In this document: piece after piece, positions 1-11,800 of the stretch
Numbering within the stretch: position 1 is the first letter of the stretch
Layout of the letters: each line of letters opens with the position of its first letter
Assembly (NCBI GenBank): GCA_024704765.1
Contig: JAKMXF010000277.1
Span: 372,001-436,000 of the forward strand
Source of the DNA: Oopsacas minuta
Taxonomy: Eukaryota; Animalia; Porifera
Direction of reading: 5' to 3'
Length of the DNA stretch: 64,000 nt
Translations under genes and position numbers: made by a program
Notes under the pieces: model-generated
The model's database searches: none
What the model was told of the DNA's origin: nothing
Seen by the model: only the letters and a program-made list of their open reading frames with translations

Positions 1-1162
1 TAATTACAGCCCTAAGTCGTGAAGGAACCGCCTCTACTGCCATTCGCATGGTTTCCTGGGGGATTTCATTCCAAGCACATATTATTGATCGCTTCAGGGC
101 CTCCAAATTTTTATGGGATTTACAACAAGCCTTTGTTTGTAATATAGACCAAACTGAGAAGTCTAGAGGGTTAAGGTCCGGACTAGATGGGGGCCATTCC
201 TGTTTGGAAATAAAGTCAGGAATTTCGGAGTGAAGCCAGCTTTGAGTGGTATTTGCTGTATGAGCAGGGGCACCGTCTTGTTGGAACAAAAAGGGTTCAT
301 TGTTAAACATCGACTTGCTAAGATCTTTGACTATAGGCTTTAGAACAAGTTTTTGGTAAGTTTGAGCATTTATTTTTACCCCAGTTGGGATGAAAACTAT
401 TGGAGTCCGGCCAAGTGAAGATATTCCAGCCCAAACCATGACAGAACATGGTTTCTGTACTCTTTTTACATATCTGTACTCCTCAGGGATGGTAAACGCT
501 GTAGGAGCAATATTCTGTCGTTTTGTTGATTATAAGCTTCCTCTATCGTAAATAATTTCTCATCTGAGAACAAGACGGGATCAAGACCTTGGATAGCGAA
601 CCGGTCAATGAGACCTTTGCTTCTCTTCAGCCTCTTCTCCTTCATTACCTTTGAAAGACAGTGTACTTTACGTTTTTTAAATGAGGATAAACCCAGGTCT
701 CTTTTGACAATTCTTTGGAGGGAAGAACGAGATACCTTGAGCTCTGCAGCCATTTTTCTCACGGATCGACTGGGATTTCGCCATACACGACCTCTTACGA
801 TCTTCCTCATCCTTGTTGTCGTTACAGATGCGGGACGACCAGATCTGGGCTTGTCAGAGACGCTGCCAGTATCTTTATACCTATTGATGGTACGGTACAC
901 AAACTTTCGCCTCGTTTTAGGAATATTGAGAATTTTCAAAATTTCACTTTGATCTTTCCCTTTTCGATATAATTCGATAATTGTCAACCTTTCCGTTTCC
1001 ATCGAGGAATTTGTCTAGCTAAAACTATGAGATGTTAAGATGAACAGTTTAGAATACTTATAAGACTATATAGAAGCTTGAAACGCAAAACCAATTACCT
1101 AGCTTTACCATAAAATCTATGGTTATGTATTAAAGTATGGGACAGAACTTATGGGCCACCTG
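1..1162 (-). mobile_element. Tc1/mariner DD37D (maT) transposon, one frameshift, cut by the window edge
   Basis: ORF 466-1002 gives the HTH region and FSDEK. After a 1-nt shift near 505 my translation continues QDGAPAH...WPPSSPDLNPLD, with 37 residues between the 2nd and 3rd catalytic Asp. Terminus CAGGTGGCCCATAAGTTCTG at 1162 is flanked by TA (1163-1164) and resembles the TIR of the element at 34155. Confidence 0.93.
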
Positions 1163-1235
1163 TACAGATAAGCATTAAAGAATACGTATCAAGTAAGAGC
1201 ATCATGAATAGCAGAAAATATTCAGATTATATGTG

Positions 1236-1581
1236 TTAACAACAATGACAAAAACTGATGTGTATCCTGCCGCTAACGGAAGAGCCTGGATTTAAGAGAA
1301 TCCGTTTATCATGCGTAATATCACCAGTGTTGCTATTCTCCTCGTTTTCAAATAAATTCCTTTTGATATCACAACAATGGTTAAAAAGGCTTGCTCTACA
1401 TTAATAGCACACTTAGCACTTGTCTCTATGAAGTTAATCTTCATTTCATCAGCAAACTCTTTAGCTGTAGAGTAGTCTACTATCTTCTGACTTGTCATAT
1501 CACATTTATTGCCTACCAACAACTTACATGCATTTGGAATGCAGTAAGTTTCAATTTCCTGTAGCCATTGCTTAAAATTAC
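1236..1581 (-). pseudogene. Orphan exon 2 of Rab1-like GTPase, frameshifted
   Basis: AG acceptor at 1582-1583, LLVGNKCD and ETSAK motifs, 1-nt deletion after FLTIV versus the 22228-22574 copy, homologous ...HISFCHCC stop at 1236. No exon 1 directly upstream. Confidence 0.85.
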
Positions 1582-1596
1582 CTAGAAATTTGATTT

Positions 1597-1757
1597 CTGG
1601 ATGCCAAAACTCGTCTCGTACCACTTTTCGCAGGCAAATCTGGTCGGGACAGATCACTTTTAGTTGCTAAAACAAGTATCTGATTATTTTTAGCCAGCTA
1701 AAACTGGTCACCGCCACTTTTTGGGAACCAAAACCTGTCCAGGTAAAATTTTGGGCT
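1597..1757. repeat. Hairpin minisatellite, about 5 units of ~30 bp (TTTTNG-N3/4-CNAAAA-CTGGTC-like)
   Basis: Units such as ttttagttgctaaaa and ttttagccagctaaaactggtc; near-identical copy at 22590-22755. Confidence 0.65.
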
Positions 1758-1944
1758 ATCTAGAAATTATAACTATGTGTTAATTATGCACCATTTAATC
1801 TGTTCAATAAATCAAATTTCTATCAAATTTCTATATCTCTATAAGGCATAGTCTCCTGAAGGAACAAGAAAACGATTCAAGAAAATACCAATAATCATGC
1901 TTTCAAAAGAATGCTGATAGTATATCCATAGAAAAAGTATAAGA

Positions 1945-2609
1945 TGAATGTATTGAGAATTCAGAAGGCAGAATTATCTGACACAGAATTTGTATTTCAA
2001 ACTTCATGGCTGGACAAATTATCTTTTCTTGATTTCGGTTACAATAGTATTAATTCATTTACCAGTGATATTTTCTCTGATTATACTCAATTGAAGAGAT
2101 TAATATTACATTCAAACCCCATTAATGTTATCAACAGAACAAACTTTGTAGACCAAAATTGTAAAGGAAGAATGTAGGGAAATGATTGAAGTTCCATTAA
2201 TCATTTGAAATGTTTCAAGATTAGGAAGCAAGGCAAGTAGTGATGTCGATACTATGTGATTGTTAGAGTATAATATATAACTTGTTATTTGATTTAATTG
2301 ACGCAAAGCATAAATTTCCAACTGATAATCTGACAAGTGTGATAGGATGTCAACAGTATTGATTCGATCTGTTACATTTATAAAGAGTTTGACTATATAC
2401 CATCTCTGGATAGTCAGTCCATTTAAATCAGATGTATGCACTTCTATCCTACATGTTCTGGAACCTCCAACATCATTCAGGTAGCAGAATGGCATAAATA
2501 AATCACTTGACTCAGTAGGACAGTTTATCCAACAGAATATCTCAACTACAATCAAATACACAACGAACAAACTAACACACACAACGATACTCGTAGCAAT
2601 AGCTTTCAC
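1945..2609 (-). pseudogene. Type II secreted-LRR gene remnant: 5' part (-, 2609-2155) fused to an inverted internal LRR piece (+, 1945-2150)
   Basis: ORF 2112-2609 has the family signal peptide and CWINCPTES...PFCYLND; ORF 1944-2177 (+) encodes LSFLDFGYNSI / LKRLILHSNPI repeats; the pieces converge at about 2150. Confidence 0.85.
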
Positions 2610-3220
2610 TGTTGAAATCTCAATGTGAACTGTAGAAAGTAATTATGTGTATATTATTGTGCTATTTCTATATGTGGACTGGATTCTACCATGTGCTATT
2701 TTGTTATAATTATTATATGTGATGAATTTTGGGAAGAATTAGTGAAATAATTACATATAGGTATGTCATTAAATGTATTATCTCTCCACCTTATACAGAA
2801 CACAGTATAACTCGGATAGTTACAGTCTTTTATAGATGCAAAAATCTGATCCGTGAGGCCCACGAGAGTTGGCCGTGAGATTGGGCACCTCTTGTGTCAC
2901 TCGATGGTTCATAAGTCTCAGATGAGTTATATGGATCATCAATTGTGATCTATGGTCCACTAAAGTAGAAACAGCTCACTACCCTACGGGATATATATGC
3001 ACTTCGCGCCTCGTAATTCACAGTAGTACTTTATCTATGAGTATTGGGCATTTAACAGTATTGCATATTTCACTGAAGTATCTATGTTTTGTCTGTAATA
3101 TTGAAGAGATAAATTCACATACAATATATGTAAATGATTCTTCACTCAATTTATTCTCATATTACATAATACTACCACAATTAGTGTCTATATATCGCTA
3201 ATGTATATGGAGAAATACCT

Positions 3221-3228
3221 TATAAATA
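3221..3228 (+). promoter_or_regulatory. Candidate TATA box (TATAAATA) of LRR copy A
   Basis: About 58 nt upstream of the ATG at 3286; same spacing at 19420-19427 (copy B, minus); also at 27307-27314; TACAAATA at 24217-24224 (copy D). Confidence 0.5.
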
Positions 3229-3285
3229 GGGATATCACTATAGCTAATATATATTGAATATTTGAATTGAAGCAAGATATTAACA

Positions 3286-4763
3286 ATGAAAAGTATAGCT
3301 AGTAGTATCTTAGTATGTGTTGGATTGTTTGTTGTGTATTTGATAGTAGTTGAGGCTGTCTGTTGGATAAATTGCCCAACTGAATCAATTGGCTCATTAG
3401 AGCCCTTCTGTTACCTGAATGATGATGGAAGTTCTAGGCGTTGTTGGATTTTAGTGTATACATTTGAGTTAAATGGACTGACTAATGATTGGACTAAAAT
3501 GAAGCTCGTTATAAATGTAACAGATCGTATCAACTATATTGGGATCTATTCACGCTTGTCAGATTATCAGTTAGAAATAAATGCTTATCGTCAATTTAAT
3601 AATATATTATCTTTCGTATCACGTGATAATAATCACATAGTATCACTATCTTTACTTGCCTCGCTTCCAAATCTTGTACAATTTCATATGTACGATGGAA
3701 ACTTCTATCATTTTCCTATATTTTCACTTTTCAACAAACAACTATCTCGTCTCCATCTATATTCTTTCGGGATTCGATCAAATGTCCCAGTAATTAGAGG
3801 CAGGTTTGTGAGTGAATTACCTAATCTAGAATATGTTTACCTCGATTCTATGAATATGTTAGTGGCAACTGAAAATATATTCTCAGGTCTCACTGCTCTT
3901 ACTAGATTGTATATTAGGAATTTGCAACTAAGAAATCCAATCAGAACACTATCTCCACTCGTTAGGCTGAAAGAATTGAATATTCATTACGCAGGTTTAT
4001 CTGAAATAGATTTTCTAAAGCAAAGTCCCTCGCTATACCAGTTAACCAGGATTAGTTTCTGGAATAATACTATTCAGTCATTTAACAGTGATATCTTCTC
4101 TGATTATACTCAATTAGAGAGTCTAGGATTGCGCGTAAACTCCATTACTATTGTAAACAGAACAAACTTTACTAAATTGTCCAATCTAGGTGAAATAAGT
4201 CATGATAACAATCAAATATCAACAGTTCCTGAAGACACTTTCAGAGATATGCCTCAACTTCGAATAGTTAAATTATCTGACAATCCAATCACAACTATTT
4301 CTAGCAAAGTATTCGAGCATCTGTCTAACATTGGAACAGTGCATTTTTGAACAACCCATTTCATTGTGACTGTAGGTTAGAATGGATGTCAATTGTATCT
4401 CAGAAATACGATATATGTTTCGGAAATCCATCCTGCAATACTCCACAAGAACATAGAGGTAAATCAGTATTGTTACCATCTCTCTACACAAACTGTACTA
4501 GAGAGCTATCTTATCAGTGTTTCAACAAATCAGTTAAATGTCCAAGAGGTTCTTACTGTCAGGATACACTACATAGCTATGAGTGTGTGTGTGAAGGAAA
4601 AGGAGTAGGTTTTTCCACCTCACTTAACAGCTGTATTGACTATGAGAAACTCATACAAACAACAAAACCGTTATGTGGAGAATATGTATTGGATACTAAT
4701 GGCCATTCGAACTGCATTCTATCAACCAACTCGTCCAGTACAACCTGTAACGGAAGCAGATAA
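3286..4763 (+). pseudogene. Type I secreted LRR-LRRCT-EGF protein, copy A (1-nt frameshift just before LRRCT)
   Basis: ORF 3286-4350 (signal peptide, about 10 LRRs) continues in ORF 4347-4763 (NNPFHCDC LRRCT, CFNKSVKCPRGSYC...C EGF-like). gtgcatttttgaac here versus gtatatttatcgaac in copy D. Confidence 0.88.
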
Positions 4764-7653
4764 AACTCCTACTAGTCTTCTTCTTATATAACTAGTACTT
4801 CTTCCCCTTAATCATACTTATTGTTACTATTTTATTGTTAGTTTTAGAGCTAATCAGTTCTGGTGCAATCCATTGAGTATTGATAGACTTGAATTACTAT
4901 AAGTATGATGCACGATGTGCTGATCGAGATTGGATGAATAGTTTCCTGCAAGGTATTTCAAGATTATTTGTTCGTTATTTGCTGTATATTAAGTATATAT
5001 ATTTGTTCATTATTATTCAAAATGTTAGTATTCATCAAATATTGTGGCATTTTCTCTTTTCGCCAAATATTCCATAAATATACTCAATATTACTTTGATG
5101 GAAAGTTGACCGGGCACTTCTGAACCAAAGTCAGTAGAAATGTTACTAAAGAGTATAATAAGAGAATTTGTATGCATTGGGCATAATTGCCCCAACCATG
5201 GCAGAGGATGCTAACCTATTTATGTCTTATCCCTACACGGAGCACAAATGTTCCATGGACATTGGTCAAAATCCCTGTAAACTCTAAAACGTTTTTCTGG
5301 CTCGCTGAGCTCGCTCAAAAACATTACAGCGTTTATTATACCACCTCCTGAGGCAATATCTAGAAATGTAACATTTGGTTGATCATTATTGAAGATAAAT
5401 TCCTAAACAAAAGAAACTTTAACTACTTTCGCAGAGCTGGTATTAACCAGACCACTTCAAGATCCGTGCTGCCGCGCCTGTACAATACGAATATACAAAA
5501 TATCCATTAGGATTAGTCCTGGTAAAGTAGGTCCCTGTACGCATTTTCTAGGATCCTAGGAAGTAGGTTCCCGTTAGATACTGTAAGCCACAGTTCGATT
5601 TTCAGTCTGAACAAGATGAGTCACAGAGGCAATATCTTAAATTTAGTAAGAAATCACCTAAATGAAAAATGTAGGAAATCTTAAAATTGGGTGAATATGG
5701 CAGAAATGTGCACTTGGTAGGTCCTCTGGCCCGCCCTAAATTTCCGGGAGCCCGGGTGGTTTACGATATCTATGCTGAGAAATGAGAACAATAAGTCAAC
5801 CATTTTATTACTGAGCCACGATATCCTATGTAAAATTGAATACAATTTAGCAATATACTCAAAATACTATCTCCACCTGTTAGGCTGAAGGCATTAATAT
5901 TGACAGGTATTTTGCGCTATTTTCTACAACAAATACGCAATTGCAACTCTCTGAGAGCTTTTCCTTTGAGAGATCAGCAATATTAAATATCGGTAGTGTT
6001 ACTGTCAATTATACTCGATATAATGTTGTTCATGATGTTGCAAGAAGACTTCAAACTCTCAACTCAACTGCAATCATATTAGGGCTAACTAAAGATAGTT
6101 TCGCTCTCACTAGTGAATTTGATAATCGAACTTATACCATTACACATGCTCAATATATTAGCGAGCCGTTTTATTTTGCCTATTATACTATAGTATAGTG
6201 GCCCAGTATTGAATGGTTGGCTATACTATTTTGTTTTTCTCCGAGAAAGCCCTGCAGCCAAAACTGGATAGAATTAAGGTGATATATGGTGTGAGAACTA
6301 TTGAAGATATTCGTCGGATGTGCTTCTCCCCTTGCTAATCAATCGGACACCAGGTGCCACTATTTCACACTGGTCAAACTTTTGTCTGGCCTGTAGCAAA
6401 AAATTATGAAAGGAAAGGTGCTATATTTTCACACTTTCGAAAGAGAAAATTCTACACCTTCATACTCTTCTAAAATTTTACATATTGGTTATAGTTTTTG
6501 CTGAAAGTAAATGAAAAATATTCATTCTATAGCACTATGTCATTGGTAATAATTCTATTGTTATTAGATGTAAATATTTATTAGTTTGGATTCATTGAAT
6601 ATCCAAGTTTAAATAATTGATTTTATGACTCATCATCTCTCAAGAATAATATTAATCTGGATATTTATACAAATACTTATCTAATCAAATGAATACAATG
6701 GTTCAATCAGATCGTAAAACTTATTTGAAGATATTTCCATCTTCAATCATTCCTAAACATCCTATAGCACTCATGGAAGAGAAAGTCTAACTACTCAATC
6801 TTACCTGCCAGCCGTGCAGGGATTTTGCCCATTGGTAGTTCTGTATAGGCGTACAGGGAGTTAGTACAAATGTACTAGGATTTATGGTTGAGACTAATTG
6901 TGAGTCTAATAATACATATACATGTACATTTAGTTATGCAAATTAAGTTCTTACTCAACAGTACAAGGATTCACTGAACAGTCTGTGATTCATAACCCTT
7001 TTGGTTGAAACAAGATTCCATACGTTATTGAGGAAACATATTCATTGTAATTGGCATGAACTGTTCCGTATCAAACCTGATTCGGACAGACAAAATCCCA
7101 CAGTACACAAAATATATGTTAGCATGTAGTGTAATTGATCTTTGGTGTAAGACTACGGAACTCAGCGAGCCAGGAACATTTTTGGGGTTGAAAAATGGGG
7201 CTCTGTACATGGATATGACACAAATAGGTTAACATTCTCTGCCATGGTTGGGGAAATTATGCCCAATGAATACACATTCTGTGATTATACTCTTTAGTAA
7301 CATTTCTGCTGATTTTGGTTCAGAAGTACCCCAGTCAACTTTCCATCAAAATTGTAGTAAGTATATACATGTAATATTTGACGAAAAGAGAAAATGCCAC
7401 ATAAATTTGATGAATAACTGACATTTTGAATAACAATGAACAAATATATACTTAATTGACCACAAATAACGAACAAATAATCTTGAAATACCTTGCAGGA
7501 AACTATTCATCCAATCTCGATCAGCACATCGTGCATCATACTTATAGTAATTCAAGTCTATCAATACTCAATAGTTTGCACCAGAACTGATTAGCTCTAA
7601 AACTAACAATAAAATGTGTAACAACAAGTATGATTAAGGGAAAGAAGTACTAG

Positions 7654-8067
7654 TTACATAGGAGGAAGACTAGAAGGAGTTTTATCTGCTTCCGTTACAG
7701 GTTGTACTGGACAACTTATACTGGATAACTTGGTTGATGGAATGCAGTTCGAATAACCATTAGTATCCAACACGAATTCCTCACAGTTGGCTACTTCTAT
7801 GAGTTTCTCATAGTCAATGCAGCTGTTAAGTGAGCTGGAGAAAATTACTCCTTTTCCTTCACACACACACACTCATAGCTATGTAGTGTATCCTGACAGT
7901 AAGAACCGACAATCGGTAGAACCTTCATCATCATTCAGGTAACAGAAGGGCTCTAATGAACCAATTGACTCAGTTGGGCAATTTATCCAACAGACAGCCT
8001 CAACTACTATCAAATACACAACAAACAATCCAACACATGCTAAGATACTACTAGCTATACTCTTCAT
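7654..8067 (-). pseudogene. Type I LRR copy C with the whole LRR solenoid and LRRCT deleted
   Basis: Signal peptide and N-cap to ...GSTDCR join directly to GSYCQDTLHSYECV at about 7907 (GG microhomology), out of frame; tail ...CPVQPVTEADKTPSSLPPM retained. Confidence 0.85.
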
Positions 8068-8837
8068 TGTTGATATCTTGCTTCAATTATTTATATTATA
8101 TTATGAATATAGTATTTTAAATTCACAATGGATAATTATAAATATGTATTTCTCCGATTGTATAACCTTTGAGTAATCAAAGAAGATTGTTCCAAACAGC
8201 AAAAGGCGATAATTCAATACCCTGATTCCGAATTTTACGCTCTGAATTTGTACCTATCAAATTTCCTCCAGTATTGCCTTCTATTAATATTATTTAGTCA
8301 ATCAATAATTACTGCAAACAAGTTGAACTTTATATGGACTGGATGTTCATAGCAAATTGTAAATATATTGTTTGATGGATTTATTTCCTCGCTCCGCTCG
8401 GAAAATATAAAATTGCAACCTGTGTGAGCAGCTTAGTCTATTCAATATAGTTTTGATGGACCATGAAAAATATACAATGAGCGATAATAGCAGCTCTGGC
8501 TCTGTACCGGCAAACAAACGTTTGTCTGATAATCTCTGCAATTGAAGGACCTGTTATTCTGGGGAAAATATTTCTGCTGTAACCTCAAAATATATATAAT
8601 AATGTTTATAATAAGGCAAAAAACTCCCTTGCATCAAGAAACTTTTAAATTTCGCTCTGCTTGAGTTATCATAGTAAAAATATTAAGATACAGATCAGTT
8701 ACTTCATTTTAATGAAATCAAAAGAATATGGAATGACAAAAATGAAACAATAGTGGATTTTGAGGTAGATTTCCTCAGAAAGAATACATACATATTAAAT
8801 ACAATTCGTGACATTGAATATTAACTATAATTGCCAG

Positions 8838-11800
8838 ACTCAATTCAATTAATTGGAGAGAACACAACAACCAAAACGATAGATCTAGCATTCCATGTAA
8901 AACGACCTTGGAATCGTAGAGGTACCTTTGATGAGTATTTAATTGAATGTAAGGGTGATCTCGGAGAAGTTCAAGTGGTCTCAATCAGAAATGAAGGTCC
9001 TAAAGCTATGAATCTTATAGCTAATTGGTATCTTGATTTCACTAATGTGATTAATTTCCAAACAATGTCAGAACTGACATTCTCATTCTATCATTGGATA
9101 GGAGAAGGAGATCATTTCAGTAATCCAGCTGATAGTAGTGAGTAATTGTGATAAGATATAATGTATTAAGGTATTTTCTGTCAGAAATGTTCCTTTAGGT
9201 GTAGGGAATAGTGCCAACAATTGGTCAAGTTATTGGACTACTATCCTACTACGTATTATTCCTGTTTAACCAAATGAAAGCATTAGTTTGTATATCGAAA
9301 CACTGATATATGAAGCCCTTCAAACGTTACTTAACGCAAAATTCCCTAATCTTTGAACCTCCCCTCCCTGTGTCACGCTTTTTCACTTTGGAATACAAAA
9401 AGATTGGGGATGTCACACTTCGCATACCACCCGCTTCCCTTGTAGCGTTAAGTAATGTACGAAATTACAAGCAGAAATACAGCCAAACCTGCTTAAGCGT
9501 TATACAGAAGTGGCCTCTGTATAACGGTGTGGTTGGTTATGATTAGGCTGATAATCTCATATAATGTAAAATAGTGAATGAGGAATTCAAAACAGGTGAA
9601 TTTTGTTTCAAGTTGATCCAATATTCGCAAACTGTTACTGAAAATGATAGCGCAAGTCAAACAGGAAATTTCAACGTAGCACTCGATGAATTCCTCGAGT
9701 TTGAATAATATATAGTTTTCAAACATTTCTTACGAATTCAATTCCTCCATATCAACAGTTCAAAGTCTTCCTTTTTAAGCTCAATAATTTGTAATATTTC
9801 AACTTTTCCACATGCATGCATTGTACAATGACACGGTGAGCATTCAAATTTTCCAATTGAATAAGATTTAAAAAATTATATTACACTTGGTGAATTTAGA
9901 AATCTGTATTCAATACGGAGCGATGTTACGATCACATACAAAGAGTCAATTATAGCCGGTGAGTATAGCTAGGTAAAAGGCCAACTTCTCTATAGCGGCC
10001 ATCTGTATAGGACGACCACTTTTGACCACTGTAATTGGATAAATGGTACATATATACACTGCCCTCAATTCTAGGTACTATCAATCAGATTGAACATTAT
10101 CCAAACCTAATGAAGCAGAGAATAACACAAATAGAAGATAGAAAGAAAGTGTATATCTGGCAAACATTTCCAGATATTGGTCTGCCCTCTGCAATTGATG
10201 AAAATTTCTATGTTCCAAAGGATGAGGAATTTGAAAAAGCAAAAATTCAAGATAGTAAATCAAATAAATTTATGGGAATGGTATTCGGTCTAAGAAGTGA
10301 CGTAACTAATATCGTAAAGATAAAACTTTCAGGTAACTATGTATGTTCAGTTCATACAACCTAATCACTTTCATTATGAAGACTTACTACACATAAATAT
10401 TAGGATCACTTTGCTGGAGGTCAGTAAATATATCGTTAATTTTGAGTGACAACATGTGAATAATTCTCAGGAAAGTGCTCTCATAATTGCCGAAGATAAC
10501 CTGTATGCACGCTCGTATATGAATACTAATCACCATATATACCGCGCTAAGTTGATTTTCAACTTCTGGATGAAGAATACTTAACAATAGTTATGTTGTT
10601 TTTTTCCAGATCTTTTTGACACAACTATTCGGAATGACCAACCATTGAGAAGCCTACGCAGGGCTGAAAAAGTTGCAAATTCCATGATGGATGTAAGAAT
10701 TCATCAACACATGGAAATCCTGACTTAGATGATACAATACTCTACGCTTGTGAGGCAAACCGTTGGATAAGTGACATCGAGTTTGGAAGGCAATTGTTGA
10801 ATGGAGTTAATTGTGTATTAGTTACTTTGTGTACTGAATTACCAGACAACTTCCCAGTGAAAAATGAGATGGTGTGTAATAGTTTGTGTAGAGGACTGAC
10901 TTTGGAAGAGGAGATGAAGGTAAAAACGCGCTTATCATAATGACTAGTATTTTTGCTGAGCAATGAATTATGTGAATTAACGATCTACCAAAAGATGATG
11001 ATAATTACGTCATATTTTCTCTCGTGTATGAACTATTTTTCATGACTTGAGCTTGAACGAGCCAGGTTCACAAATATCGCAGTATGCTTCTAGTGTTTTT
11101 ACATATTTCCTTTGTACAATTTGTCTAGGATCACAACATATACTTTTGTGACTTGAGTGAGATAATGGATGGATTACAGTGTAAGGAAGGAACTCACTGT
11201 GCTGCTCCGATCTGTCTCCTCTATGTAACGCCTGCTAACGTGACCATTCCTATTGCAATACTGCTGAAGAGAATACCTGGTGATGATAATCCTATTTTCT
11301 TACCATCAGAAAATTGGTTAGACTGGTTAATGGCGAAGATGTATTTTGCTAGTGCAAGCACTCAGGTGATTTATTGATTCTAGTTGTGTATTACTGAATA
11401 ATGCTGTTTAGTCATGTATGGCTACATTAGGGCGAGATTAATAGTCGACAATCTGAAAATTTTAATGGAATGTAGCATTGAGCAGTGTTGAGTGATTTCG
11501 TCCATTCAATTGATATCTGAAAACCTATGAAATGATATGAATTATAAAGTATACAAAAATTTGAATCTCAATACATTTGTTTGTAAATGTGTAATACATA
11601 CGTGTATTATCCATATCCCGCGACACCTCTTGTAACGCTACTGAGAACTTCCGAAGTGGGACTTCTCAATTTAGTATGCTTCCAAAATATGGATGCAATA
11701 AGGATCTGTTTCTATGATCGGTTGTTTGGTGGAATATTATTGGACATCAATTGTATATTAATCTTAACTTTTATAGCATCAGCAAGTCGCAACTCACTTC

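Larger units (their letters stand above)
1163..6610 (+). repeat. Segmental duplication (~5.4 kb), direct copy of 22155-27256
   Basis: Collinear Rab exon 2, hairpin repeat, type II LRR remnant, spacer, type I LRR gene and 3' flank; about 5410-5848 is replaced by unrelated sequence. Confidence 0.9.

Noticed and set aside
1597-1757. CRISPR-like repeat array
   Set aside because: Units are degenerate, lack unique spacers, and no cas genes are present in this eukaryotic context.
5900-6410. Coding-looking segment (ORF 5941-6198; duplicate at 26540-27050)
   Set aside because: No recognisable domain and the paralog has stops; at most a decayed gene fragment.
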